From Nannocystales bacterium (GTDB lineage Bacteria > Myxococcota_A > Polyangia > Nannocystales > Nannocystaceae), in NCBI GenBank assembly GCA_050633305.1, contig JBOEGF010000027.1, positions 63,403 to 127,402 on the forward strand: DNA of 64,000 bases, read 5' to 3'. The position numbers and the translations under genes are program-made. Under the pieces are notes generated by a model. That model did no database searches. It saw only the letters and a program-made list of their open reading frames with translations, and was not told the DNA's origin. This document shows, one piece after another, positions 10,119 through 20,315 of the stretch (positions are counted from its first letter, which is position 1; the number at the start of each line of letters is the position of its first letter).

Positions 10119-11798
10119 ATGACCGAGCCCAAGGACGAATCCGCTGCCCCAAACTTCGTGCGAGACATCATCGCCGACGACCTCCAGTCGGGGAAACACC
10201 AGCAGATCGTCACGCGCTTCCCGCCCGAGCCCAACGGCTACCTCCACATCGGCCACGCCAAGGCGATCTGCGTCGACTTCGGACTCGCCAAAGAGTTCGG
10301 GGGCCGCTGCAACCTCCGGTTCGACGACACCAACCCGGTCAAGGAGGAGACCGAGTTCGTCGAGTCGATCAAAGAGGACATCAAGTGGCTCGGCTTCGAG
10401 TGGAGTGAGATCCACTTCACCTCGGACTACTTCGAGCAGCTCTACGCGTGGGCCGAGGACCTGATCTCCGCCGGCAAGGCCTATGTCGATAGCCAGAGCC
10501 CCGAGGAGATGAAGGCCAACCGGGGCGACTTCGGGACGCCGGGGACCAACAGTCCACACCGCGACCGCTCGGTCGAAGAGAACCTCGACCTGTTCCGGCG
10601 GATGAAGGCCGGCGAGTTCGACAATGGCGCGCACGTTCTGAGGGCCAAGATCGACATGGCCAGCCCGAACATGAACCTGCGCGATCCATCGCTGTACCGG
10701 ATCCTCAAGGCGCACCACCACCGGACGGGCGATGCCTGGTGTATCTACCCGACGTACGACTTCGCCCACGGCCAGTCCGACGCGATCGAGCACATCACGC
10801 ACTCGCTGTGCACGCTCGAGTTCGAAGCTCACCGCCCCCTGTACGAGTGGTTCATGGACAACCTCGAGGTGCCCGCCACCCCGCGGCAGATCGAGTTCGC
10901 CCGACTCAATTTCACGTACACCGTGATGAGCAAGCGCAAGCTCCGACAGCTGGTCGAAGAGGGGCATGTGAGCGGCTGGGACGACCCGCGTATGCCGACC
11001 CTCTCCGGCATGCGTCGGCGCGGGTTCTCCCCTGCTGCGCTGCGCAACCTCTGCGAGCGGGTCGGCGTCTCCAAGCGCAACAGCTTCATCGACATCAGCC
11101 TGCTCGAGCACGCTGTGCGCGAAGACCTCAACGAACACTCGCCGCGGTACATGGGCGTCATGCGTCCGCTCGAGGTCGTGCTGGAGAACTTCCCCGAGGG
11201 CCACACCGAGTGGTTCGAGGCTCCGCAGTTCCCCGGGCGTGAAGACGGTGGCGGCATCCGGCGCATTCCGCTGACCAAGACGGTGCTCGTCGAGCACGAC
11301 GACTTCCTCGAGGTGCCCGTCAAGAAGTGGCGCCGACTCGCGCCGGGTATGGAAGTCCGCCTCCGCTACGCAGCACTGATCACATGCAAGGAGGTGGTCA
11401 AGAACGACGCCGGCGAGGTCACCCGACTGATCTGCACCTGGGACCCCGAGGCCAAAGGGGGCAACCCTGCGGATGGACGCAAGGTCAAAGGCACACTGCA
11501 CTGGGTCAGTGCGGAGCACGGCCTTCCCGCGACCGTGCAGAACTACGATCGCTTGTTCACCGTCGAGTCACCGGGCTCCGGAGACAGCAACTTCCTTGAG
11601 CAGATCAACCCGGACTCGCTCGAGACCCTTGAAGACGCTCGGGTCGAGCCCGCGCTGGCCGAGGCCGCGGCAGGAACGCGCATCCAGTTCGAGCGGCTCG
11701 GGTACTACTGCTTCGATCAGGTGTCGAAGCCTGGCGCCCTGCGAATCAACCGCACGATCACGCTGCGAGACACCTGGGCCAAGCCCGGCAAGTCCTGA
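10119..11798 (+). CDS. glnS: Glutamine--tRNA ligase
   Basis: TRFPPEPNGYLHIGHAKAI, YPTYDFAH, MSKRK, GWDDPRMPTL, FERLGY. Confidence 0.97.
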   Translation: MTEPKDESAAPNFVRDIIADDLQSGKHQQIVTRFPPEPNGYLHIGHAKAICVDFGLAKEFGGRCNLRFDDTNPVKEETEFVESIKEDIKWLGFEWSEIHFTSDYFEQLYAWAEDLISAGKAYVDSQSPEEMKANRGDFGTPGTNSPHRDRSVEENLDLFRRMKAGEFDNGAHVLRAKIDMASPNMNLRDPSLYRILKAHHHRTGDAWCIYPTYDFAHGQSDAIEHITHSLCTLEFEAHRPLYEWFMDNLEVPATPRQIEFARLNFTYTVMSKRKLRQLVEEGHVSGWDDPRMPTLSGMRRRGFSPAALRNLCERVGVSKRNSFIDISLLEHAVREDLNEHSPRYMGVMRPLEVVLENFPEGHTEWFEAPQFPGREDGGGIRRIPLTKTVLVEHDDFLEVPVKKWRRLAPGMEVRLRYAALITCKEVVKNDAGEVTRLICTWDPEAKGGNPADGRKVKGTLHWVSAEHGLPATVQNYDRLFTVESPGSGDSNFLEQINPDSLETLEDARVEPALAEAAAGTRIQFERLGYYCFDQVSKPGALRINRTITLRDTWAKPGKS

Positions 11799-11856
11799 CC
11801 ACCGCGACTCCACCCCAACTCCACATCGCTCGACGCCTCGAGTCCCGAGCGACCGC

Positions 11857-14373
11857 TCATCCAAGGTATCGCTGGACGACCTCTCGTAGCCGCGCCTCAG
11901 GTACCGGCTTCGTGAGGAAGTCGGAGCACCCCGCGTCGCGGCACGCGTCACGCGAGCGCTGCCCGGTTTCTCCCGTCAGCGCGATGACCGGGACGGAGCG
12001 CCACGCGGGCCGGACGCGGAGCTGCGCTGCGGTCTCGAGCCCAGAGATCCCCGGCAGGTTGAGGTCGAGGAACACCATGGACACCAGACCGTGCTCGAAC
12101 CGCTCCAACGCCTCCTCGCCCGAACCCGCATACTCGACCACAAGCCCACCGATTCGGTTCAAGCGCAGGCCGGTCAGCGCCCGCAGGTCCGGAGAGTCAT
12201 CGACCACAAGCACGACCGGCTCTGGCGACATCCAGCGCGAGATCGTCTCGGCAAGGACCGACACGGGGCACGGCTTGGTGAGGAACGCGTCGATTCCAAC
12301 CGTCGCGCATCGATTCCGGTGCTCGCTCTGCGCATGGGCCGAGAGCGCAATGATCGAGGTACGCCGACGCTCTGTCCGCTCCTCGAGTGTCCGGTACGCC
12401 CGTGCAAAGGCAAACCCATCGACCGACGGCATGCCGATGTCGGTGATGATCAGATCGTAGGGCCGAAGCCGGGCCTTCTCCAACGCCATGCGCCCATCGG
12501 AGGCCGTCTCGACGGCGACATCGAGGTCGGTGAGCTGCCAACGAACGATCTCTCGGTTGTCGGGATCGTCGTCGACCAAGAGGACCGTCGGCCTGGGCTG
12601 GTCCGGAGAGGACCTCCGTCCCCTCCCCGACGCGACGAGACCAGAGGGCTGCTCTTCGCGGCCCCCTTCGGACGTGCCCTCTGTCAGGGCGCAAGCGATC
12701 GCCGTGGAGCGTAGCGGCTTGGCCAGTTGCCGACGAACGCCCAGCCGACTCGCCGCCTCTCGGTCGAGAGGTTGCCGGCTAAACGCGCGGACCCACACCG
12801 ACGACGCGGTGGCTTCGTGGTCCGACAAGACCTGCGCGAGCCCGACCTCAGAGATCCCAATCCCGTCCGCGTCGTAGAGCACCACGTCGACCCCGTCGAG
12901 TCCCTCAAACCACGCGGGGTCCAGCTGAGCCGGCGAGTGTAAGAACACTTTCGCCCCAAGCCCCTCGAGGAGTCGTTGCACCGGGTCCGCGGCGACGGGG
13001 CTGCTCCCCAGCAGCGCCACAGACACCCCCGACAACGTCGCGTGGGAGCGCCGTGGGGCTGCGACCCGCTCTCCGGTCACAACCGCGTGTGGGCACGTGA
13101 GCGTAAACCGAGAGCCCTGCCCCACCGCGCTCGAAACGGACAGGCTGCCATCCATCATGCGAGCCAATTCGTGGCAAATGGCCAGTCCCAGACCCGTGCC
13201 GGCGATCGAAGGCGCGCCCTGCCGCGAGACCCGGTAGAAGCGCTCGAAGATGCGTGGCTGGTCGGTTGTCGAGATCCCGCGTCCGGTGTCCTCGACCTCG
13301 TACTCCACGGTCGCTGTTCCCCCAACGTTTTCGAGACACCGCGCTCGAACGACAACATGCCCGTGGGTCGTGAACTTGATCGCGTTGGTCAGCAGGTTTG
13401 TGACGATCTGTCGGACTCGGTGTGGGTCCCCCCGCAGCGTCGGGGGCAACCGCAGGTCGACGTCGGCCACCATCTCCAATCCGGCCTCGTGCGCCCGCGA
13501 AGCAAACGTCTCGACAACATCCTCCACCAGGAGCACGGGGTCGAACTCTTCGGTTTCGATACGAATCTCCCCAGCCTCGAGTTTGGACACGTCGAGAAGG
13601 TCCGTGATCTGATGGAGCATGCTCGACGCGTTGAGGCGTAGGCGTCGCAGCAAGCGGGACTGGTCGTCATCGAGCCGCGTTGTGTCCATCAGCTCCGCAG
13701 CGCCGACGACGACGCTCAACGGCGTCCGGAGCTCGTGGCTCATCATCGCGAGGAACTTGGTCTTCTCTTGGTTCGCGGACTCGGCGGCCTGGCGAGCCTC
13801 GTCGAGTTGACGGGCAACTTGCTCCTGTGTCGTCACGTCGCGGTACAGCCACATGTGCCCGTGCGACTCGCCCCTCGACACGACCGGGATGTAGTCGCGC
13901 TCGAGTTCTCGTCCGTCCCGCATTTGCAGGCGCTCCCCCGCGACCGGCTCCCCTCGAGCGATCCGCTCCTCGACCGTCCGTAGGAACCCATCAGGATCGG
14001 CGAACAACGTCGCCGAGCGATGGCCCGCTTCCTTACAGTCGGCACCCACCAACGCATCTGGCGTGGCAGGCACAGAGAACATCTCGCACAGCAGGGGGTT
14101 GGCCAATAACACTCGACGGCCCGCGTCCTCGACCAACACCCCGACGGGAAGTCGTTGGATCAGGGTCCGCAACCGATGGTTAGCCCCCCGGATTTCCTCG
14201 GTCCGCTGCTCGATGACCCGCTCCAGGCCCCGATTGAGAGCGCGCAACTGCTCGCTGGCGACAAACAACTCTCGGCCCCTCTCCTCGAGCAGGCGCTCGG
14301 CGTCCTTCCGCGCCCGCCGCTCGCGGTCCAACGCTCGGCGTAGAACCTCCTCGCTCGAGCTCGACGCGGTCAC
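11857..14373 (-). CDS. Hybrid sensor histidine kinase (coiled coil-PAS-HisKA-HATPase-degenerate REC-REC-REC)
   Basis: FLAMMSHELRTPL, NLLTNAIKFT, VEDTGRGI, GTGLGLAI, and two intact receivers (LLVDDD..TDIGMP; LVVDDS..LDLNLP). GTG 14373 follows a GAGGAGG SD, just after the H-NOX stop. Confidence 0.92.
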   Translation of the reverse strand: MTASSSSEEVLRRALDRERRARKDAERLLEERGRELFVASEQLRALNRGLERVIEQRTEEIRGANHRLRTLIQRLPVGVLVEDAGRRVLLANPLLCEMFSVPATPDALVGADCKEAGHRSATLFADPDGFLRTVEERIARGEPVAGERLQMRDGRELERDYIPVVSRGESHGHMWLYRDVTTQEQVARQLDEARQAAESANQEKTKFLAMMSHELRTPLSVVVGAAELMDTTRLDDDQSRLLRRLRLNASSMLHQITDLLDVSKLEAGEIRIETEEFDPVLLVEDVVETFASRAHEAGLEMVADVDLRLPPTLRGDPHRVRQIVTNLLTNAIKFTTHGHVVVRARCLENVGGTATVEYEVEDTGRGISTTDQPRIFERFYRVSRQGAPSIAGTGLGLAICHELARMMDGSLSVSSAVGQGSRFTLTCPHAVVTGERVAAPRRSHATLSGVSVALLGSSPVAADPVQRLLEGLGAKVFLHSPAQLDPAWFEGLDGVDVVLYDADGIGISEVGLAQVLSDHEATASSVWVRAFSRQPLDREAASRLGVRRQLAKPLRSTAIACALTEGTSEGGREEQPSGLVASGRGRRSSPDQPRPTVLLVDDDPDNREIVRWQLTDLDVAVETASDGRMALEKARLRPYDLIITDIGMPSVDGFAFARAYRTLEERTERRRTSIIALSAHAQSEHRNRCATVGIDAFLTKPCPVSVLAETISRWMSPEPVVLVVDDSPDLRALTGLRLNRIGGLVVEYAGSGEEALERFEHGLVSMVFLDLNLPGISGLETAAQLRVRPAWRSVPVIALTGETGQRSRDACRDAGCSDFLTKPVPEARLREVVQRYLG

Positions 14374-14377
14374 GACC

Positions 14378-14932
14378 TCATGCCTCCTCGCGCATGGAGA
14401 GGCGGAACTCGTGCCGATCTCCGACTTCGGCCTCGAGCGCGCGTCGCTCGACGAGAATTGGCTCTCCAAATCGAGCCACCGACGCCCGAATCATCGCGGC
14501 AGCAAAGTCCGCAAGGCATCGGTGTGAGCGGTAGACCACCCGGAGACTTCCGTCGGGCTCGCGAACGCAGTCAAAGCGCGGCGGTTCCGCTGCGGGGTGG
14601 AGCGTGCGGACCGTGGCGTGAATGGTGGGCTCAAGCTGTTCGAGGAGCTCGAACGTGCCGGACGCGCCAGCCGCCGCGCTGGCTTCGGGGCGCTCGAGAA
14701 GCGCGCTGAGAAGATCGGTGGCGAAGTGCTGCACGACTTCGCCCAGCTCCTCTCCGGTCTCCTTCGAGAGGCCGACGATAATTCGTAGCAGTTCTCGGTG
14801 GTCGTACCGGGCCACCGCGGTGTAGCTCCCTCCGGTTGAGGTTTCGGCCCCCGCCAGCGCGGCGTCAACGGCCTCCAGACCATAGCGGCGCTCTGCGGAT
14901 TCGAGCAACTCGGTAAACACCAGGCCCATCAT
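14378..14932 (-). CDS. H-NOX (heme NO-binding) domain protein
   Basis: N-terminus MxGLVFTE, proximal His in TIHATVR, conserved Pro in EPPRF, and YxSxR heme motif (YRSHR). Confidence 0.88.
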   Translation of the reverse strand: MMGLVFTELLESAERRYGLEAVDAALAGAETSTGGSYTAVARYDHRELLRIIVGLSKETGEELGEVVQHFATDLLSALLERPEASAAAGASGTFELLEQLEPTIHATVRTLHPAAEPPRFDCVREPDGSLRVVYRSHRCLADFAAAMIRASVARFGEPILVERRALEAEVGDRHEFRLSMREEA

Positions 14933-15258
14933 GCCTCGACCCCTCCGACCAGCTCCTCGAGCCATTGCACCCATTGCGCAACACCTGCGGCACACCGCTC
15001 GACTTCCGCGAGTTCGCGCTTCTCCGCGTGCTGCTGGAGTTCGACTGCGAGTTCCCCAAGCTCGGTGAACCCGTACGACTGAGCAGTCCCGCTGATGCGA
15101 TGTCCCACCCGCGCGGCAAGATCGAGCGCACCCACATCAAGCGCAGCTCGCAGTTCTGCCAAGTCGGCACGCCGGGTCGACAGGAACAGAGGCATCAGCG
15201 CTCTCGCATCCGGGTCGAGCGTATTCGGGTCGAAACGACGGTGGGCGGCGCTCGTCAT
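14929..15258 (-). CDS. Stand-alone Hpt (histidine phosphotransfer) protein
   Basis: Helical protein with 'GHRISGTAQSYGF' (Hpt HxxxGxxxxxG). ATGA overlap with H-NOX. Confidence 0.8.
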   Translation of the reverse strand: MTSAAHRRFDPNTLDPDARALMPLFLSTRRADLAELRAALDVGALDLAARVGHRISGTAQSYGFTELGELAVELQQHAEKRELAEVERCAAGVAQWVQWLEELVGGVEA

Positions 15259-15525
15259 CGCCCGTCCTCTCGAACGCCTCCGATAGAGGTTCGTGCTCGC
15301 GCGTGCCGTATAGGGACGAATGACCCCATGACACCCACGTGGGGACGGTTTCCGAGCTCGCGCTTCACGACTCAGACACTAAGCAAAGTCCAAGCCAACG
15401 TTGGGGTACCCGGTGACACCATGAACGGGCCACATTTGTCCGGCTTGTCTCCGGCTGGATCAATCGGCATCCCAGCCGGTCCGATGTTGGCTCAAATTGA
15501 GACCGGCCGGACACGAGTCCCGCGG

Positions 15526-15541
15526 TGGCACACTTCCTGCT
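15526..15541 (+). promoter_or_regulatory. Sigma54 (-24/-12) promoter upstream of the NtrC-like activator
   Basis: TGGCAC-ACTTC-CTGCT with exact GG-N10-GC spacing. Confidence 0.65.
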
Positions 15542-15556
15542 AAACCACATGGGACC

Positions 15557-16993
15557 GTGTCGCGACATGCCAATGCAGCCAGTACGACCTCCGCTTCCAC
15601 CGAAGCCGAGCGGTCGGACGATGCGCTCGTGTTCGTTGTGGACGACGACCCCTCCGCGGCGCAACTGATCGCCCGATGGCTGGATACGGCGGGCTTTCAG
15701 CCCGAGATTCATGCCTCCGCAGAGTCTCTGCTCAACGCCTTCTCGTGTTCGTTACCCGACGCCGTCTGTCTTGACCTCGGGCTCCCCGGAATGAGCGGCC
15801 ACGACGCCCTCCGCGTGATTCGGCGGCGTCACCGCACAGTCCCCGTCATCGTGATGACGGGCGAGCGCGACCCCTCGACGGTCGTGGCCACCATGCAGGA
15901 CGGCGCCTACGACTACCTCGCGAAGCCCTTGGACCGGACGAAGGTCACCGCATCGGTCCGCAACGCGGTCGACACTCATCGGCTGCAAACGCAGGTTCAG
16001 CAGCTCCAACGGGACGCCGAGAGCAACGCATTCTCCGGCATCCTGGGCCGGTCGAATGCCATGCGAGGCCTATTCCGCCAACTCGACCGTGTGGCGGCGA
16101 GCGACATTACCGTGCTGATCCAAGGTGAAAGCGGCACCGGAAAGGAGCTTGTTGCGCACGGGATTCACGACAACAGCGCGCGGAGCAACGGCCCCCTCAT
16201 CGCCGTCAACTGCGCCGCAATCCCGCAGTCTCTACAAGATGCCGAGCTGTTTGGGCACGAGAAGGGCGCTTTCACGGGCGCCGACCGTTCTCGGCCTGGC
16301 CGATTCGAACAGGCGGACGGTGGCACCCTGTTTCTCGATGAGGTCGCCGAGCTCTCCGCCGAACTCCAGGCGAAGTTGCTCCGCGTACTTCAGGAGCGTC
16401 GTTTCGAGCGCGTCGGCGGGACCAAGACTCTCTCCACCGATTTTCGACTGGTGGCGGCAACCCATCGCGACCTTGCCAAGATGGTTGAAGCTGGAGAGTT
16501 CCGACAGGATCTCTTCTTTCGATTGGCCGTGCTCGAGCTGAGCGTCCCACCGCTGCGCGAGCGGGAGGGCGACGTCGAACTCCTCGCGGCTCAGTTCATT
16601 CACGAGCTCGCCTCCGAAGCAGGACGGCCGCCCCCTCGTCTGAGCCCCGCCGTCCAGGCCGTGCTCCGCTCCTACGCATGGCCGGGCAACGTCCGCGAAC
16701 TTCGCAACACGCTCCAACGCGGCTTGGTCGTATGTGAGGGAGATTCGATCGAGCTGGCTGACCTTCCTCCGCGACTGCACGCGAGTCTCGAGCTGCCCGA
16801 ACCCGTCCTGACATCCGCACCCAGCGAGACGGCTGCCGTCGTCGCCCGGGGCGGGTCGTTGGCAGATATTGAGCGAGCGGCCATCGAGGAGGCGTTGCGC
16901 GCCACGGGTGGGAACCTGTCGGAGGTCACTCGGCGGCTCGGCATCGGTCGCGCGACCCTGTACCGCCGACTCAAGAAGTACAACCTGCGCTGA
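15557..16993 (+). CDS. Sigma54-dependent response regulator (REC-AAA+-Fis HTH, NtrC family)
   Basis: [51 protein letters not shown]. Start approximate. Confidence 0.95.
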   Translation: MSRHANAASTTSASTEAERSDDALVFVVDDDPSAAQLIARWLDTAGFQPEIHASAESLLNAFSCSLPDAVCLDLGLPGMSGHDALRVIRRRHRTVPVIVMTGERDPSTVVATMQDGAYDYLAKPLDRTKVTASVRNAVDTHRLQTQVQQLQRDAESNAFSGILGRSNAMRGLFRQLDRVAASDITVLIQGESGTGKELVAHGIHDNSARSNGPLIAVNCAAIPQSLQDAELFGHEKGAFTGADRSRPGRFEQADGGTLFLDEVAELSAELQAKLLRVLQERRFERVGGTKTLSTDFRLVAATHRDLAKMVEAGEFRQDLFFRLAVLELSVPPLREREGDVELLAAQFIHELASEAGRPPPRLSPAVQAVLRSYAWPGNVRELRNTLQRGLVVCEGDSIELADLPPRLHASLELPEPVLTSAPSETAAVVARGGSLADIERAAIEEALRATGGNLSEVTRRLGIGRATLYRRLKKYNLR

Positions 16994-17069
16994 GGCCCCG
17001 CAGGCCTGGACGACGGCAAGCCCAGGCGCGCTCGAAGCGGGCAACGAGAATCCGGAAAAACCGCGACGG

Positions 17070-17085
17070 CGGCACGCTCTTTGCT
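17070..17085 (+). promoter_or_regulatory. Sigma54 (-24/-12) promoter upstream of the single-domain response regulator
   Basis: CGGCAC-GCTCT-TTGCT. Confidence 0.65.
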
Positions 17086-17098
17086 TCCATGGGTTGGT

Positions 17099-17518
17099 GT
17101 GCACGCCATCCACCTGCCTGTTCATCCTTCGCCGCACCAACCCGCGGTCCTTGTCGTCGACGACGACCCATCCGTCACCGCCCTGGTCTCGCGATGGCTG
17201 CGTCGACAGCGGCGCGCGAGAGTTCATGTCGCACACGACGGTCCGACCGCGATCCGAATCGCCGCCACCGAGCGGGTCGACGCGGTGTTCAGCGACATCG
17301 AACTCCTCGATGAGAACGGGGTCGACCTGGTCCGCGTCCTCCAGGTCGTCTCCCCCGCACTGCCCTTGTGTCTGATGAGTGCCCGAATGACGCGGGAGCA
17401 AGCACTCCGCGCTCACTCGGTCCGCGTCTCCCGATTCGTCGCCAAGCCTCTATCCAGTGAGCTCATCGTCGACCGGCTCGATGCGATGTTGGAATCGCCG
17501 TCGTTCGCGGCTCCCTGA
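17099..17518 (+). CDS. Single-domain response regulator (REC only)
   Basis: VLVVDDD, phospho-Asp in FSDIEL, LMSA, VAKP. Start moved downstream of the sigma54 promoter. Confidence 0.8.
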   Translation: MHAIHLPVHPSPHQPAVLVVDDDPSVTALVSRWLRRQRRARVHVAHDGPTAIRIAATERVDAVFSDIELLDENGVDLVRVLQVVSPALPLCLMSARMTREQALRAHSVRVSRFVAKPLSSELIVDRLDAMLESPSFAAP

Positions 17519-18480
17519 GAGCCCCTGCTGCCATCCCAGCACTCGAGCGCGGCCGAGATCAAACTCGGCGGCGTCCCCATGTCGTTGAGCGCCGACGACG
17601 TGAAGCCGGGGAGCACGTCGATCACACGAGGGAGTCCCACGAAGTCCCTCCGGAAGCGTACCGTCGCGAACCCGACCAGCCCGACCGCTTCCACCGCACG
17701 CGCCGCAAGTCCCCGAACGATGGCGTCTTCGCGGGCAGGCCCCTCCAGTCGCGCACGTCCGCGGCGCTGCACAGTGTTGCTTGGGGCCGTCCGTACCCGG
17801 CCACTGGGGTCTCGGACGGTATCTACCCAAATTTCGCCCCCGGGGAGGTACTCGAGCACTTGCTCGTCATCCCCGACGCTCTCGGTCACATCCCTCACCA
17901 CCCGGCAACTGCCCGGCTCGTGGCTGTTGCGCTTGCGAACGGCAAGGGCGTCGAAGCCCTCGAACGCCGCGCCGGTCTCGGGCACAGGCACCACCGTCTC
18001 GAGGATGCTCAAGAGCTTCGCGCGGTCGCGGCACAAGTCCAACACCTTCGTCGTCGCCGCCACGACGACCAGACCGCGTTCATCGAAGGCACGGCGGGTC
18101 TTCGAGAACTTCCACGCCGCGTCGCGCTCGGTGGGGACCACAACCGTGGCGCCGGCGCGTCGAGCCGTCGCGAGCACCGCATCGACATAGCGAGGCGAGG
18201 TCGCCGGCGGAAGAATGTAGCAGCGGGTCGCGCGGGTTCCTCGGGGCTTCGCCGCCTCAGCGACGGAAAGGCCTACCACGACGTCGTAGCCCGCCTCGGC
18301 AAGCGCAACGAGGACGGCTGCGGTTGGACGAGTCGAGGACCCCGTCACCAGGACCCTCCCGGCCGCACCGGGTTGCAGTTGCGAGCTTCGATGCCAGCGA
18401 TAGCGACTCCCGTCGACGGATGCCTCGTTGCGAGGGGTCGCGGTGGAGGTCGGTCTGGAACGCGTTGGGTCCTTCATCAT
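17413..18480 (-). CDS. ATP-grasp fold protein (CarB/PylC-like), catalytic motifs degenerate
   Basis: Paralog of 26532..27569 (VLVTG, VVVPT, EYLPGGEIWVD, VRFRRD), but DVLPGF replaces EINPRF. Confidence 0.7.
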   Translation of the reverse strand: MMKDPTRSRPTSTATPRNEASVDGSRYRWHRSSQLQPGAAGRVLVTGSSTRPTAAVLVALAEAGYDVVVGLSVAEAAKPRGTRATRCYILPPATSPRYVDAVLATARRAGATVVVPTERDAAWKFSKTRRAFDERGLVVVAATTKVLDLCRDRAKLLSILETVVPVPETGAAFEGFDALAVRKRNSHEPGSCRVVRDVTESVGDDEQVLEYLPGGEIWVDTVRDPSGRVRTAPSNTVQRRGRARLEGPAREDAIVRGLAARAVEAVGLVGFATVRFRRDFVGLPRVIDVLPGFTSSALNDMGTPPSLISAALECWDGSRGSQGAANDGDSNIASSRSTMSSLDRGLATNRETRTE

Positions 18481-18741
18481 GTCCTCCTACAGAGCAAGGG
18501 TCGCGCCCAGTCGGTTCACACACATGATTGGCAACAGTGTCGGCGTGTTGCCCTTGCGCCGTACACAGCCGTCACGGAATCGCTGTCTCGCGATTCTCAA
18601 CCTGGGGCACCTCGACAGCGCCGTCCGCCTCGCGCCGTGGACTGCCCGGGGTTGTACAGATCGAGGCAGACCCACGCCCAACGGCCGTTGTACGACACGA
18701 TCCAAGGAGACGGGACATGGGTCGGAGGGAGAGCCCCGGAC

Positions 18742-18757
18742 TGGCACGACTGTTGCT
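18742..18757 (+). promoter_or_regulatory. Sigma54 (-24/-12) promoter of the deacetylase-PHP-porin-GH16 operon
   Basis: TGGCAC-GACTG-TTGCT, a consensus match about 15 nt before ATG 18772. Confidence 0.8.
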
Positions 18758-18771
18758 CTTCACGTCCGTCG

Positions 18772-19620
18772 ATGATGACCGCGAGCCCTACGAGTGACCT
18801 GTTGCCTGCCGTCCAGCCGACCTCGTCTGTACCTCAGCCAACCCCGCAGCCCCGGTGGCTCCCCGCCATCCGCTGGGCGGGAGCCACCGTCGCCTCACTC
18901 CTCTCTCGGCTCCCGCAGGTTCCCGAGCGACGGCACCATCAGGCGTCCCCGCGAGTGCTTCCCCTTCCACTCCCGTCCTCATCTCGAGCAGTGTCTCCCG
19001 CCCGTCGCCGTGCAACCGTGCTCGCCATCGGTGCTCACCCCGACGACGTCGAGATCGGGTGTGGCGGCACCCTCGCCTCGCACGTGGACCGCGGCGACCG
19101 AGTCGTCATCCTGACCCTCACCGCCGGTGAGCGTGCGGGAGAGCCGGCCGTGCGCAGCCAAGAGTCGGTCGCATCCGCGAGTTGCTTGGGGGCAGAGCTG
19201 GTGCTTCGGACACTCGACGACACCCGGATCTCCGAGGGTCCGACGACCATCAGTGCCATCGAGTCGGTCATCCGCAGGGTTGACCCTTCCGCTGTCTACG
19301 TACACACCGAGGCGGACCGACACCAAGACCATCGGAACGTCCACCGGGCCGCGATGGTCGCCACGCGCAACGTGCCCAGCGTGTACTGCTATCAGAGCCC
19401 GTCGAGCACGACCGACTTCAATCCAACCCGGTTCGTCCCGATCGCCGAACAGCTGACGACAAAGCTTCAGCTCCTCACACTGTACGGATCGCAGTCGAGC
19501 ACCAAGGCCTACCTCGCACCCGCGCTCATCGAGGCGACCGCGGTCTATTGGAGCCGATTTGCACGTGCGAGTCACGTTGAACCCTTCGAGGTCGTTCGCG
19601 AGCAAGCGGAGATCAAGTGA
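18772..19620 (+). CDS. PIG-L/LmbE family N-acetylhexosamine de-N-acetylase with Pro-rich N-terminal extension
   Basis: VLAIGAHPDDVEIGCGG, R..E, HTEADRHQDH. Confidence 0.9.
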   Translation: MMTASPTSDLLPAVQPTSSVPQPTPQPRWLPAIRWAGATVASLLSRLPQVPERRHHQASPRVLPLPLPSSSRAVSPARRRATVLAIGAHPDDVEIGCGGTLASHVDRGDRVVILTLTAGERAGEPAVRSQESVASASCLGAELVLRTLDDTRISEGPTTISAIESVIRRVDPSAVYVHTEADRHQDHRNVHRAAMVATRNVPSVYCYQSPSSTTDFNPTRFVPIAEQLTTKLQLLTLYGSQSSTKAYLAPALIEATAVYWSRFARASHVEPFEVVREQAEIK

Positions 19621-20315
19621 GACTCGACGAGGACATGCACGTCCACTCGACGTACTCCGATGGTCGAAACACGGTGGAGGAGGTCATCGACGTGGCAAAA
19701 CGCCGAGGCTTGCGCAGGATCGGGTTCGCGGACCACGTCCGGGCGAGCACCTCGTGGATCCCAGCCTACGTGAACCACCTCCAAAGAGCCCGGCGATGGT
19801 CAGGGCTGGAGGTGGTCATCGGCGTCGAGTCCAAGCTGTTGGATACTGCCGGGTCGCTGGACATGCCGGCCGATGCGACGGGAATCGAGCGTGTGCTCGT
19901 GGCCGACCATCGGCTCCCGATCGGCGACGAGTTGCTCGGACCTCGAGAGGTCCGCGAGCGCCTCGCCGAGGGCGTGATTCAGCGTGCCGAGGTCTGGAGC
20001 AGTCTGCTGACCGCGTACGAGGCATGCGCGTCGAGTCCGTATCCGCTCCAGCTCGCCCACCCCCTGAGTTTCTTGGCCAAGGTCGGCATCCCCGAGGCTG
20101 AGGTCCCCCTGCATCGGCTGGATCACCTTGCAGGGGTCCTCGCAGCGCGTGACGTCCTCGTCGAGGTGAGCGAACGCTGGCGCTGCCCGTCTCCAAGCAC
20201 CTTGGCGGTCTTCGCCCAAGCCGGCGTTCAGCTCGTAGCGAGTACGGACGCCCACGACATGCGGTCCGTTGGCCGCTACGAGTTCGTTCGATGCCTCGAT
20301 CTCGACCTCGCCTGA
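19617..20315 (+). CDS. PHP domain protein (putative phosphoesterase)
   Basis: DMHVHSTYSDG, FADH, GVE, LAHP, STDAH. GTGA overlap with the deacetylase. Confidence 0.88.
   Translation: MRLDEDMHVHSTYSDGRNTVEEVIDVAKRRGLRRIGFADHVRASTSWIPAYVNHLQRARRWSGLEVVIGVESKLLDTAGSLDMPADATGIERVLVADHRLPIGDELLGPREVRERLAEGVIQRAEVWSSLLTAYEACASSPYPLQLAHPLSFLAKVGIPEAEVPLHRLDHLAGVLAARDVLVEVSERWRCPSPSTLAVFAQAGVQLVASTDAHDMRSVGRYEFVRCLDLDLA

Noticed and set aside
9927..11519. Long antisense ORFs (also 32993..34666, 40649..42028, 50676..52850, 58634..60616)
   Set aside because: Shadow frames opposite well-supported genes, expected with strong GC3 bias.
15294..15308. Possible sigma54 promoter for the Hpt/H-NOX operon (CGGCAC-GCGCG-AGCA)
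   Set aside because: GG-to-GC spacing is 9 nt rather than the required 10.
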